From: an uncultured Gemmatimonadales bacterium
GTDB lineage: Bacteria; Gemmatimonadota; Gemmatimonadetes; Gemmatimonadales; GWC2-71-9
Length of the DNA stretch: 64,000 bases
Assembly (NCBI GenBank): GCA_963795085.1
Contig: CAWCFX010000004.1
Location: 576,001 to 640,000 of the forward strand
Direction of reading: 5' to 3'
The translations under genes and the position numbers were made by a program. How positions within the stretch are numbered: position 1 is the stretch's first letter; each line of letters opens with the position of its first letter. The notes under the pieces are model-generated. The model was not told where the DNA came from. It searched no databases and was given only the letters and a program-made list of their open reading frames with translations. This document shows positions 29,601-38,639 of this stretch, one piece after another.

Positions 29601-32438
29601 CAGTTCAAGATGGACGTGATCGCCGACCGGCCCCGCTATTCGGTCGGGGATACCGCGACCGTGCTCTTCGCCTCGCCGTTTACGGGGACGGAAGCCTGGA
29701 TCACCGTCGAGCGGGAAGGGCTGATCGAGCAGCGCCGGCTCCGCCTCACCTCCGGGTCCACCACGCTCAAGTTCCCGGTGACGGAAGCGTACGCCCCCAA
29801 CGCCTATGTCTCGATCGTGGTCGCCCGGGGCCGCTCGGCGCCGCCGGGACCGCTGGACGATCCCGGGCGGCCAACCATCCGGGTCGGCTACACGGAGCTG
29901 CGGGTGACGCCCGAAGTCAAACGACTGGAGGTCACGGTGGAGCCGGCGCGGCCCGAGTTCCGGCCCGGGGACAGCGCCAGCGTGCGGATCCGGGTGCGGG
30001 ATGCACAGGGCGGCGGGCACCGGAGTGAAGTGACGCTCTGGGCTGTGGACGAAGGCGTCCTGGCCCTCACCGGATACCAGACTCCGGATCCACTGGACCT
30101 GATCTACCGGTCCAGAGGCCTCGGTCTTCGCCTGGCCAGTAACATGGTGTCGGTGGCGCCGCAGGTGCCGGAGGGCGAGAAAGGGCGCCGCGCGCCCGGC
30201 GGGGGGGGCGGCGCCGGCGACGCCGACATACTCCGGTCCCGCTTCCAGACCACGGCCTTCTTCCTGGGCTCGGTCGTGACCGACTCCGCGGGAACGGCGG
30301 TGGCACGGGCCCGGCTTCCCGACAACCTGACGACGTTCCGGGTCATGGCCGTGGCCGTCACCGCCGGAGACCGCTATGGACACGGCCAGTCCAGCATGCT
30401 GGTCACCCGGCCGCTGGTCGCGCGGCCGGCGTTGCCCCGCTTCCTGCGCGCGGGAGACCGGTTCTCAGCCGGCGTTGTCGTGAACCAGCGGGCCGGCGGC
30501 ACTCCGAGGGTCACGGTAACCGCCGCCGTCTCGGATGTCACCCTGATGGGGCCGGCGACTCGGAGCGCCCAGCTTGAGGCCGGCCGGGGACGGGAGTTGC
30601 GATTCGATTTCCTGGCTCGTCCGGCCGACACGGCGGCGGTCACCTTCCGGGTCACCGGCGCCGGCGATGCCGATGCGGTACTGGCCCGGCTTCCGCTCAA
30701 GGAGGCATTTCGTCCCCGTTTCCATACCATTGCGGGCGTACTCGCGGATACGGCCACGGCCGAGTTCCTGCTTCCCGCCGATATTGATCCGGCAAGGTCT
30801 GAACTCCAGCTGAGCCTGGGGTCCTCGCCGCTGGGAATCATCCGCGGAGCGTTCCAGTCCCTCCGCGTCTATCCCTACTACTGCACGGAGCAGGTGGCCA
30901 GTTCGGCGCTGCCGCTGATCGCGCTGTTCCGGGCCGGCATGGCTCTGAAAGACAGCGGCCTGGCGCCGCCGTCCGCGAAGCGGGACATCGAACTTGCGGT
31001 GGCGACGCTGTCGCGCCGGCAGCGGCCCGACGGCGGGATCGGGTTCTGGGCCGCCTCCGACTGGACCACGCCGTGGCTGAGCGCCTACGCGGGGCTGGCC
31101 TTGCTGGAAGCACGCGCCGCCGGGATCCGGGTGAGCGACTCGGTGCTCGGCCGGCTGGGGACTTATCTGCGCGAGACCCTTGCGGACCGGGGGGCGGTTT
31201 ATTCGCCGGTGGCCCACTGGTATGAGGATCGCGCCATCACTCTGGCCGAGCAGGTGGCGGCCGTGGATCTGCTGCGGCGGCTGGGGTCGCCGGATGTCGC
31301 GACGGAGAACGAGCTATTGCGGCAGGCCGCCCAGCTGGACTGGGAGGACCGGGTGCGGCTCGCCGACGTCCTCGCCCGGCGGAGGGACCCTGGGCCGGCC
31401 CGGGAACTGCTTCGCGCTTCGCTGGCGCCGGTCCGCATCGAGGGGCGGGTGGCCGTGATTCCCGATTCCCTCTACCGGCGCTTCTACTTCCAGTCCAGTG
31501 TGCGTCCCACGGCGCAGCTGCTCACCGCCTTGCTGGCCATTGATTCCTCCCACGCCCTGATTGGTCCCCTGGTGGAACAACTGGTCCAGGGCACCCGGAT
31601 CACACCGCTCTTCCAGTGGAACACCCAGGACTACGGGTCGGCGGTCCATGCGCTGGCGGTATTCCAGCGGCGGCAGGCCCGCGCGGCGGCCCGCGGCGTC
31701 GCCGTCCGCGCGGGTGGCCGAACCCTTTTCCAGGCGGGGTCGGTCGGGCCGGTGGGCGAAGCGACGGCGCCGCTGACGCGGCTGCTGACCGATGCGCCGG
31801 GAGGCCGCCAGACCCTGCGGGTATCGCTCGCGGCAGCCAGGACCGGCTTGCCGGTGTACTACTATCTCACCGTCCGGGAAATTCCTCGAACTCCGCCGGT
31901 CCGCCCCGACGAAACCGGGATCGCCGTCGAGCGATGGTACGAGTCTTACTCCGATGGCAAGCCGGTCACCGAAGTGATGGAGGGCGGACTGGTACGGGTT
32001 CGCCTCCGGATCACGGTGCCGGCGACCCGGCACTTCGTTGTCCTCGATGACGCGCTGCCGGCGGGACTGGAGGCCATAGACCTTTCCCTGCGCACCGCGG
32101 CGCCCCCCGGTATCGGCCTGGTGGAGCCGGAGGCGGGGGGGCCCGATGAAGCCACCGATGGTGAAGCTGGAGGACCGGGATACCGCTGGTCCTACGGCAG
32201 CTGGGATTCGGGCTGGTGGTCTCCGTTCGACCACAAGGAACTCCGGGACGACCGGGTGGTCTATTCCGCCACCGTGCTCTGGCCGGGAAGTTACACCGCG
32301 ACCTATGTCGCCCGGGCGACGACGCCGGGAGTCTTTCTCCGCCCCCCGGCCCATGCGGAGGAGATGTACAATCCCGGCGTTCATGGCCGAAGCGATGGCG
32401 GGATCTTCACGGTGACGGCGCGGGGCGAGCGCCCATGA
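26676..32438 (+). CDS. Bacterial alpha-2-macroglobulin
   Basis: 1920 aa. Big_5-like N-terminus, FTERGIYRPGE (MG2), AVDEGVL, LPDNLTTFRV, thioester motif YPYYCTEQ, PAHAEEMY. Confidence 0.93.
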   Translation: MLPARFLLLVGLSAYAADPGDPLRVLRVTPAADPGPASVITVSFDRPVAGSLDRTVDPAAIFSISPGVRGKLEWRDPITLRFVPAGLLEPGTAYTVTVAPAFTAMDGSRLAEPFVHSFRVRGPEVLATSVSQGNSRYLRPDAGFSLAVSAAVDPRIVERVVYLEFEAACPTRTVRFRVTGQRGIEDADGWEYREAGGWERNRSLDGLRRVVELRPATSLPRGCEGNLVTPDRLDQLASGELRRFALATYGDFWMRGTSCPWGECPTGPVSVSFSTPVKGAEVLRRLRLQPATPFTISDTTDERADWVLHAGLDPRTGYAVVADTGLHDIFGQRLTCGPAAPRCDARIPKAVAFFTPGYSPTVDYPFGRLTVERDGFRTLAVRHINVDTLIAAIAPVPDSLAAIFLARSEWGWDDLWPRVSAGAVVRKFVVTNERDRARIHGIPLPLFNAQRPGGPTLLAVRVRAPNLPVAEGAAPSLGPLALVQVTDLGVHAKIGVQEGLVWVTRASDGQARSGARVELRNLQGRLLASGTTDSLGLVRLHGYRAPPVPAEDDENPAGNLEAVVIATHGGDRAITAINQYDPDLSPWRFNVWSAWQQGRVPMAGAVFTERGIYRPGESVYAKAILRQGPLGALRVPERGDSLRWIFYDRERGTLEQRHVPVSRFGTADQVFRLPDDLPLGDYSLEVQFQWGRDWLELATTSYRVAEYRPPEFLVGVTADSGPLFAGGRLAGAIESRYLFGAPMARAAVAWTARLAPAAGWEAAIPSLAGYHVGETDNWWENQSGQSGTTHLATGTDTLDQAGRLAVAVDIPALPNGRPARATLQAVVTDVNRQAIGNAVSVLVHPADFYLGARPAGSSYFWKAGSPERIAVLAARPSGATVSGVRVEGSIVRREWHRVRRERAGIAEEVGQWVMDTVGACNVTTAAAPVFCTFTPEKGGIYVVSLSARDPQGRQAATSFSRWASGSDWVPWNDENQFKMDVIADRPRYSVGDTATVLFASPFTGTEAWITVEREGLIEQRRLRLTSGSTTLKFPVTEAYAPNAYVSIVVARGRSAPPGPLDDPGRPTIRVGYTELRVTPEVKRLEVTVEPARPEFRPGDSASVRIRVRDAQGGGHRSEVTLWAVDEGVLALTGYQTPDPLDLIYRSRGLGLRLASNMVSVAPQVPEGEKGRRAPGGGGGAGDADILRSRFQTTAFFLGSVVTDSAGTAVARARLPDNLTTFRVMAVAVTAGDRYGHGQSSMLVTRPLVARPALPRFLRAGDRFSAGVVVNQRAGGTPRVTVTAAVSDVTLMGPATRSAQLEAGRGRELRFDFLARPADTAAVTFRVTGAGDADAVLARLPLKEAFRPRFHTIAGVLADTATAEFLLPADIDPARSELQLSLGSSPLGIIRGAFQSLRVYPYYCTEQVASSALPLIALFRAGMALKDSGLAPPSAKRDIELAVATLSRRQRPDGGIGFWAASDWTTPWLSAYAGLALLEARAAGIRVSDSVLGRLGTYLRETLADRGAVYSPVAHWYEDRAITLAEQVAAVDLLRRLGSPDVATENELLRQAAQLDWEDRVRLADVLARRRDPGPARELLRASLAPVRIEGRVAVIPDSLYRRFYFQSSVRPTAQLLTALLAIDSSHALIGPLVEQLVQGTRITPLFQWNTQDYGSAVHALAVFQRRQARAAARGVAVRAGGRTLFQAGSVGPVGEATAPLTRLLTDAPGGRQTLRVSLAAARTGLPVYYYLTVREIPRTPPVRPDETGIAVERWYESYSDGKPVTEVMEGGLVRVRLRITVPATRHFVVLDDALPAGLEAIDLSLRTAAPPGIGLVEPEAGGPDEATDGEAGGPGYRWSYGSWDSGWWSPFDHKELRDDRVVYSATVLWPGSYTATYVARATTPGVFLRPPAHAEEMYNPGVHGRSDGGIFTVTARGERP

Positions 32439-34678
32439 GATCGTCCCTGCGCCTGGTCCTCGGCGCGGCCGCGGCGCTGCTGGTGCCGGCCGCCGCCCTG
32501 CTGGCGTATCTCGCCCGGCCGCTGCCCGGGGGCCTGGCGGATCGCCCGGTCACCGGCATCCGGATCGAAGACCGGAACGGGCTCCTGCTGCGGAGCACCC
32601 GGGCCGGCGAGGGCAGCCGTCAGTCCTGGGCGCCGCTGGCCGAAATCGATCCCGATGTCATTGCCGCATTCCTCGCGGTGGAGGACCGCCGGTTCTACCG
32701 GCACCGGGGCGTCGATGGGAGAGCCCTGGCCCGCGCGGCGCGCGACAACCTGGGCGGCGGCACCGGGCTTTCCGGTGGTTCGACCATCACGATGCAGCTG
32801 GCCCGGATCTACTTCGGCACGCCGCGTACCCTGCCCGGAAAGGTTGTCCAGGTGCTGCAGGCGAGGCGACTGGAATGGCACCTGGACAAGCAGACCATCC
32901 TGGAGCAGTACCTGAACCGGGTACCGCTGGGCCAGGGCGCCGTCGGTGTCCCTGCCGCGGCGGCGCTCTACTTCAACCGCGGCTCCGCCGACCTGAGCCT
33001 GGGCGAGTCGGCGCTGCTGGCCGCGCTGGCGCGAGGACCGTCCAGCAACAATCCAATCGTCTCTCCGTCCCGGGCCGAGGGCCGGCGGCAGGCAGGCCTG
33101 CGACGGCTGGTGGCCGCCGGGTATGCCACCGAGGCGCAGGCCGCGCTGGCTTCCCAGGAACCGATCCTGGCCCGAGGCAGGCCCCACGCGTTCCTGGCTC
33201 CCCATTTTACCAGCCGTATCCTGCAGGAAGATCCGCCCGGGGCGGGCGAGTCGGTGCGGCGGACCACGCTGGACCTGCCGCTCCAGAGGGCGGTGGAGGC
33301 CGAGGTCCGGCACACGGTGGATCTGCTGGGAAGCTCGGGGGCCCGCCATGCGGCGGTGATCGTGCTGGAGAACCAGACCGGGGAGATTCTCGCGTGGGTC
33401 GGCTCTCCCGATTTCTGGTCCGACACCTCCGGCCAGGTGGACATGGTGGTCTCGGCCCGGCAGCCGGGCTCCGCCCTCAAGCCCTTCCTGTATGGTCTCG
33501 CCTTTGACCATGGCTACACGCCCGCCTCGGTGCTGCCCGATGTGGCCCGGTCGTACGCCACGTCGCTGGGCCCCTACCGTCCGCGGAACTACGACCGGCG
33601 CTTTCATGGCCCGGTGCGAAGCCGCGAGGCGCTGGCCAGTTCCTACAATGTCCCGGCGGTTGAACTCACTTCGCGGCTGGGTGCGGGCGCCCTGCTCGGC
33701 GTACTGCACGACGCCGGGTTTGCCAGCCTGACCCGGTCCCCCGGGCACTACGGGCTGGGCCTGGCGCTGGGCAACGGCGACGTCACCCTCTTCGAGTTGG
33801 CCAATGCGTACCGCGCGCTGGCTAATCGGGGTGCCTGGTCCCCCGCAACCTGGAGAGCGGGACATCGTCCGGCGGCCACCCGGGTGACCAGGCGGGTCAT
33901 GACGGCGGCGTCGGCGGCCCTGGTGCTGGACATCCTGTCCGATGCGGAGGCCCGAACCCCCGGCTTCGGGATCTCCACCCCGTTCGATTTCCCGTTCCCG
34001 GTCGCGGCCAAGACGGGCACCAGCCGTCACTTTACCGATAACTGGGCGGTGGCGGTGGCAGGCAACTTCACCGTTGCCACGTGGGTCGGCGATTTCAGCG
34101 GGAGGCCCATGGCTGGCATCAGCGGCATCACCGGAGCAGGGCCTCTCCTGCACCGCGTGGTCATGACCACGGCGACGCGCCACCCGGCGGGCTCGCTTCC
34201 CACACCCGGTGAGACAGGCGCGGTGAGGGCATCCGTCTGCGTTCTCTCCGGCGAACGGGCCGGGCCGGGATGTCCCACCTATTCCGAGTGGTTTGCGCCG
34301 GGCACCGAACCGGCCGGAGTCTGCCGCTGGCATCGGCCGGAAGGCCTGGTATTGCCGGCTGAGTACCAGGAGTGGGCCGGGCAGGCGGGGCCGCGACTGG
34401 CCTCGGTCGCCCGGGTCGAAGACAGCGCGGGGGAAGGGTTTCGTATTACGGCGCCCCGGCCGGGAGACCGCTACAGCGTGCCGCCCGGCGTGGAGCAGCG
34501 CTACGCGACACTGGCCTTCCGTTCGACCGGGTCCAGGCGCAAGGTGACGTGGATGGTGGACGGCGTGCCGGTTCCGGGCGGGCGGTGGCCGCTCCAGCCG
34601 GGACCCCACACGGTCAAGGCGATCACTCGGAACGGAGAAGCAGATTCCGTCCAGTTCGAGGTCATGGGTGTCCGATGA
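32435..34678 (+). CDS. pbpC: Penicillin-binding protein 1C
   Basis: EDRRFYRH.GVD, GGSTITMQLAR, catalytic SALK, SYN and KTGTS. Coupled to the A2M stop. Confidence 0.92.
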   Translation: MRSSLRLVLGAAAALLVPAAALLAYLARPLPGGLADRPVTGIRIEDRNGLLLRSTRAGEGSRQSWAPLAEIDPDVIAAFLAVEDRRFYRHRGVDGRALARAARDNLGGGTGLSGGSTITMQLARIYFGTPRTLPGKVVQVLQARRLEWHLDKQTILEQYLNRVPLGQGAVGVPAAAALYFNRGSADLSLGESALLAALARGPSSNNPIVSPSRAEGRRQAGLRRLVAAGYATEAQAALASQEPILARGRPHAFLAPHFTSRILQEDPPGAGESVRRTTLDLPLQRAVEAEVRHTVDLLGSSGARHAAVIVLENQTGEILAWVGSPDFWSDTSGQVDMVVSARQPGSALKPFLYGLAFDHGYTPASVLPDVARSYATSLGPYRPRNYDRRFHGPVRSREALASSYNVPAVELTSRLGAGALLGVLHDAGFASLTRSPGHYGLGLALGNGDVTLFELANAYRALANRGAWSPATWRAGHRPAATRVTRRVMTAASAALVLDILSDAEARTPGFGISTPFDFPFPVAAKTGTSRHFTDNWAVAVAGNFTVATWVGDFSGRPMAGISGITGAGPLLHRVVMTTATRHPAGSLPTPGETGAVRASVCVLSGERAGPGCPTYSEWFAPGTEPAGVCRWHRPEGLVLPAEYQEWAGQAGPRLASVARVEDSAGEGFRITAPRPGDRYSVPPGVEQRYATLAFRSTGSRRKVTWMVDGVPVPGGRWPLQPGPHTVKAITRNGEADSVQFEVMGVR

Positions 34679-35637
34679 CGATCGCCACGGCGGGTATCCA
34701 TCACATCAGCTCCATCGCGGGCGATGCCCAGCGCAACCTGTCATTTTACAGCGGTGTGCTGGGACTCCGGTTGGTGAAGGTAACGGTGAACTTTGACGAT
34801 CCCGGGTCATACCATTTCTACTATGGCGACCAGACCGGACAGCCGGGGACGTTGCTGACCTTCTTTCCCTGGGGCAGGAAGGCCGCGGGAGGCCGGGTCG
34901 GCACCGGGCAGGCGGCCGCCATCGCCCTGTCCATTGCGCCGGCTGCCATGGCTTTCTGGATCGGTCGGCTCATCGAAAAGGGGATCCCATTCGAGGGACC
35001 CCGGGGCCGGCTGGGGAACCAGGTGCTTTCATTCAAGGACCCTGACGGCAACCCGCTGGAACTGGTCGGCCATGCCACCGCACTGGTGCGGCCCGGGAGG
35101 GAGATCGATGCGATTCCGGCGGACGCTTCTATCCGGGGCATTCATGGCGTCACCCTGCTGGTGTCCGACCTGGACGCGACAGCCCGGGTCCTGACCGAAG
35201 TGCTGGGGCTGGTGCCGAAGGAAACCGGGGACAGCCGGTACCGATTCGAGAGCGCCGGCGAGCTGGCCAGCATCGTGGATGTGCGGGTGGTCACCGGATT
35301 CTGGAGTGCCGCGATGGGCGTGGGTTCGATCCACCACGTGGCGTTCCGCTCGGCTGATCCGGAGAGCCAGTCGGCCACCCGGGCTCGCGCCATGGCGGCG
35401 GGCCTGGAGGCGACGGCGGTGCAGGACCGCCACTATTTTCAATCGGTGTACTTCCGGGAGCCCGGTGGAGTCCTGTTCGAATCGGCTACCGAGGAACCGG
35501 GGTTCCTGGTGGACGAGTCAGCGGATCAGCTGGGCCATTCGATCCAGCTCCCGCCCTGGCTGGAACCGCAGCGAGCCGCGGTCGAAGGCCGGCTTCCACC
35601 TCTGGTGCTCCCGCACCAGGATTCCTTCCCCTCGTGA
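34675..35637 (+). CDS. Ring-cleaving dioxygenase (MhqA/MhqO-like, double VOC)
   Basis: GIHHI, LVKVTVNFDDPGSYHFYYG, IHHVAFR, DRHYFQSVYFREPGGVLFE. Confidence 0.9.
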   Translation: MTIATAGIHHISSIAGDAQRNLSFYSGVLGLRLVKVTVNFDDPGSYHFYYGDQTGQPGTLLTFFPWGRKAAGGRVGTGQAAAIALSIAPAAMAFWIGRLIEKGIPFEGPRGRLGNQVLSFKDPDGNPLELVGHATALVRPGREIDAIPADASIRGIHGVTLLVSDLDATARVLTEVLGLVPKETGDSRYRFESAGELASIVDVRVVTGFWSAAMGVGSIHHVAFRSADPESQSATRARAMAAGLEATAVQDRHYFQSVYFREPGGVLFESATEEPGFLVDESADQLGHSIQLPPWLEPQRAAVEGRLPPLVLPHQDSFPS

Positions 35638-35649
35638 GGTGATGACCGC

Positions 35650-36291
35650 ATGGCATGTCGCTGGACCCTGCCTCTCCTCGGCATTGCCCTTTTCGCCCGT
35701 TCGGCACCAGCGCAGGTCACGATGGAGGCGTTCACGGGGACCGCGTTCAATCTCCACACCCGGCTTTCAATCAGCCAGGCCGGCCAGCCCGACATCGGCT
35801 TCACCGCCCGGTACGAGACCAAGCCGATGGAGGATACGCCGTATTTCGGGGCCCGTGTTTCCGTCTGGAAGAACGACCGGGCCTGGGTCGCTACTTTCGT
35901 CCACCACAAGCTCTACCTCGCGAATCCGCCCCGGGAGGTCCAGTGGTTTCGGATCACCTATGGCTTCAACATCGCGACCCTGGGCCTGGCCTGGCGGCAC
36001 GGGAATTTCATTTACGGCGTGGGGGCCGGTGCCGTCATTACCCACGCGTCCAATTCGGTGCGCGGAAAGCGCTACCTCGGCACCGGAGGCCCGTTGAACA
36101 AGGGCTACACCTTCTCCGGCGTGTCCGCGCTGGGAAGCTTCCAGTACAAGCTGCCGGTGTCCAGGGTCTTCTCCCTGTCGGCGGAGACCATGGCGTCGGC
36201 GTCGTACATCGAGGTCAGCGTCAAGGATGGCCAAGCCCGAGTGCCCGCAGCGGCGCTGCACCTGCATGCGGGGTTCGGGTACGAGTTCTAA
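35650..36291 (+). CDS. Hypothetical outer-membrane beta-barrel protein
   Basis: Signal peptide, amphipathic strands, terminal GFGYEF. Confidence 0.7.
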   Translation: MACRWTLPLLGIALFARSAPAQVTMEAFTGTAFNLHTRLSISQAGQPDIGFTARYETKPMEDTPYFGARVSVWKNDRAWVATFVHHKLYLANPPREVQWFRITYGFNIATLGLAWRHGNFIYGVGAGAVITHASNSVRGKRYLGTGGPLNKGYTFSGVSALGSFQYKLPVSRVFSLSAETMASASYIEVSVKDGQARVPAAALHLHAGFGYEF

Positions 36292-36338
36292 AAGAGGGCA
36301 AGAGGGCAAGAGGGCAAGGGGGCAAGGGGCAAGGGGGC
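36292..36338 (+). repeat. Purine-rich octamer array (AAGRGGGC)x6
   Basis: Directly visible tandem repeat; one unit is 7 nt. Confidence 0.9.
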
Positions 36339-36352
36339 CGGAGGAGAGTGGG

Positions 36353-37318
36353 TCAGTCTCCCGCGCTGAGCATGCCGTCCATCTGGGACCGGAGCCGGAG
36401 GGCCAGCCGCTCGCTCTCGGCGAACTGCTTGCCGGCGTTCTCAAGGTGGGTGCCGACCTTTTCGTAGCTGGACCAGAACCGGGAAAGATGCTCCGCCAGC
36501 TGGCCCAGTTCGTCCTGCAGCCGGCGGGCGTGCTCCTCCACACGAAGTCCTTTGAGGCCATGGAGGACCGCGGACAGGTAGGCATAAAACGTGTGGGGCG
36601 AAACCGGAATGACCCGCCGGGACATGGCGTAGGCCAGGAGCGAGTTCCCGTCCAGCTGTTCGCCCCGGACGATGGCCTCGTAGTAGACATTCTCCGCCGG
36701 GATGTACATCAGGGCAAAATCGAAGGTGCCGTCGCCGGGACAGATATATCGCTCGGCGATCTCGTCGATTCGCTCCCGAAGCGACTTCCGAAAGGCCCGG
36801 CGTTCCCGCTCCGCCGCCGCGGGTTCGGCTGCCAGCATGCGTTGGCACGCCTCGAGCGGAAACTTGGCGTCAATGGCCAGGAGCCGCTCGCCGATCCGGA
36901 TCACCGCGTCCACCCGTACGCCGGATCCCAGGGAATACTGCATTTCGTAGAGACCTTCGGGAAATACCTGCCGCAGCAGTTCCTCCAGCCAGATCTCCCC
37001 GATGGTACCCCGGAGCCGGGGCACCCGCAGCAGTTCCTGCACTTCCCGCACCGACTGCCCCATCGCTTCTACCCGGGCCGTGGCCTCGGCCAGGTGCCCC
37101 AGCCGCTCCCGCAGATCGGCCACTACCTGGCCGGTGGCATCCAGCCGCTGCCCCAGCGTGGTCTGGGTGGCCTCCAGCTGCCGCGTCACCAGGGTGGAAA
37201 GGGTGGCGACCTGCTCGGACATCTGCCGGTCCATCGGCGCCGGCCGCCGCCGGAGCAGCAGGGCCAGCAGCAGCACCGCGATCGTGCCGAGCAGGAGGGT
37301 GTCGAGATCAGGGGTCAT
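36353..37318 (-). CDS. rmuC: DNA recombination protein RmuC
   Basis: N-terminal TM and coiled coil; RGTIGEIWLE, IDAKFP, DFALMYIPAENVY, VSPHTF. Confidence 0.9.
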   Translation of the reverse strand: MTPDLDTLLLGTIAVLLLALLLRRRPAPMDRQMSEQVATLSTLVTRQLEATQTTLGQRLDATGQVVADLRERLGHLAEATARVEAMGQSVREVQELLRVPRLRGTIGEIWLEELLRQVFPEGLYEMQYSLGSGVRVDAVIRIGERLLAIDAKFPLEACQRMLAAEPAAAERERRAFRKSLRERIDEIAERYICPGDGTFDFALMYIPAENVYYEAIVRGEQLDGNSLLAYAMSRRVIPVSPHTFYAYLSAVLHGLKGLRVEEHARRLQDELGQLAEHLSRFWSSYEKVGTHLENAGKQFAESERLALRLRSQMDGMLSAGD

Positions 37319-37323
37319 GGGTG

Positions 37324-37346
37324 AAGGGGGCAAAGGGGGCAAAGGG
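37324..37346 (+). repeat. Short degenerate copy of the AAGGGGGC array
   Basis: aagggggc aaagggggc aaaggg, just upstream of the rmuC start. Confidence 0.6.
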
Positions 37347-37405
37347 TCGGGCTCAAAGGCTGGAGCAAATCTAGCTGGAGGGGTCACCACCCGGGCCGGC
37401 GCCAA

Positions 37406-37457
37406 TTGACAGCGGGCTCCCTGCGTTGCATGTTTATGCATTATGCATAAACAGCCC
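37406..37457 (+). promoter_or_regulatory. Sigma70 promoter with ArgR operator (ARG boxes) overlapping the argG start
   Basis: TTGACA (37406) + 17 bp + CATGTT. ARG-like TGCAT-GTTT-ATGCA at 37427-37440. Perfect inverted repeat TGTTTATGCAT-T-ATGCATAAACA at 37431-37453. argR lies in the operon. Confidence 0.8.
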
Positions 37458-38639
37458 ATCGTCCTGGCCTTCAGCGGCGGACTCGATACCTCCTACTGTG
37501 TGCCCCGGCTGGCCGAGCAGGGGCACCCGGTGCACACCGTGTTCGTGGATACCGGAGGAAGCACCCGGGAAGAGAAGGACCGAATCCACCGGCAGGCGCT
37601 CGCGGTGGGCGCCGTCGCCCACCACGAGGTGGATGCCCGCGCCGAGGTGTACCAGCGGTTCGTGCGGTTCCTGATCCAGGGCAATGTGCTCCGGGGGGAG
37701 GTGTACCCGCTGAGCGTGGCGGCAGAGCGCACCCAGCAGGCCATGTCGGTCATCGCCAAGGCACGGGAGCTGGGGGCGGCGGCGGTGGCGCACGGTTCCA
37801 CCGGCGCCGGCAACGACCAGGTCCGGTTCGATATCGCGTTCCGGGTGCTGGCGCCGGACCTCGCCATCATCACACCCATCCGGGACGAGTCGGTCACCCG
37901 GGACGCCTCGATTCGCTACCTGCAGGAGCGCAGGCTGCCGGTGCCGGAGAAAGCCGGAGCCTACTCGGTAAACCGGGGCGGGTGGGGCACCACCTGGGGC
38001 GGTGGCTGGACCCATGACCCCTGGGCCGGTCCGCCCGAGGACCTCCTTCACCCGCCGGCCGATGCGCCCGAAGCCCGGGAGATCGTGGTCGGCTGGGAAG
38101 CCGGGTTGCCCATCTCGCTCGACGGCCGCCAGAAAGCAGGGCCCGACCTGGTCGAAACCCTGGGCGACCTGTCCCACCGCTATGGCCTGGGCCGAAACAT
38201 TCATGTCGGTGAGACTGCCATGGGTATCAAGGGCCGAATCGGGTTTGAGGCCGGGGCCGCGTTGCTTCTGATCGCGGCCCACCGGGAGCTGGAGAAGCTG
38301 GTGCTCACCAAGTGGCAGACGTTCTGGAAGGACCAGCTGGGCCGTTTCTACGGCGACCGGCTCCACGAGGGGCAGTATTTCGATCCGAGCCTCCGGGACA
38401 TCGAGGCCCTGATCACCAGTTCTCAGCGCCGCGTCGCCGGCGAGACCCGGGTGTTGCTGGCGCCGGGACGGTTCCAGGTGGTGGGCACCCGGAGCCCGTT
38501 CTCCCTGATGGATCCCGCCGTGGCCACCTACGGGGAAGAGGCCCGGCTCTGGTCCGGCGACGAGGCGCGTGCCTTTGCCCGGGTCGCATCCATTCCTTCC
38601 CTGCTCGCGGCTCGGGCCGGCCAGGAGAACGGCCGATGA
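37443..38639 (+). CDS. argG: Argininosuccinate synthase
   Basis: VLAFSGGLDTS, AHGSTGAGNDQVRF, GIKGR..FEA, AHRELEKL. Confidence 0.95.
   Translation: MHKQPIVLAFSGGLDTSYCVPRLAEQGHPVHTVFVDTGGSTREEKDRIHRQALAVGAVAHHEVDARAEVYQRFVRFLIQGNVLRGEVYPLSVAAERTQQAMSVIAKARELGAAAVAHGSTGAGNDQVRFDIAFRVLAPDLAIITPIRDESVTRDASIRYLQERRLPVPEKAGAYSVNRGGWGTTWGGGWTHDPWAGPPEDLLHPPADAPEAREIVVGWEAGLPISLDGRQKAGPDLVETLGDLSHRYGLGRNIHVGETAMGIKGRIGFEAGAALLLIAAHRELEKLVLTKWQTFWKDQLGRFYGDRLHEGQYFDPSLRDIEALITSSQRRVAGETRVLLAPGRFQVVGTRSPFSLMDPAVATYGEEARLWSGDEARAFARVASIPSLLAARAGQENGR

Noticed and set aside
27750..30383. 877-aa - strand ORF, and similar shadow ORFs such as 2883-4805, 17237-19771, 32381-34609 and 60387-62336
   Set aside because: They overlap well-supported genes and give low-complexity Arg/Gly/Pro-rich translations.
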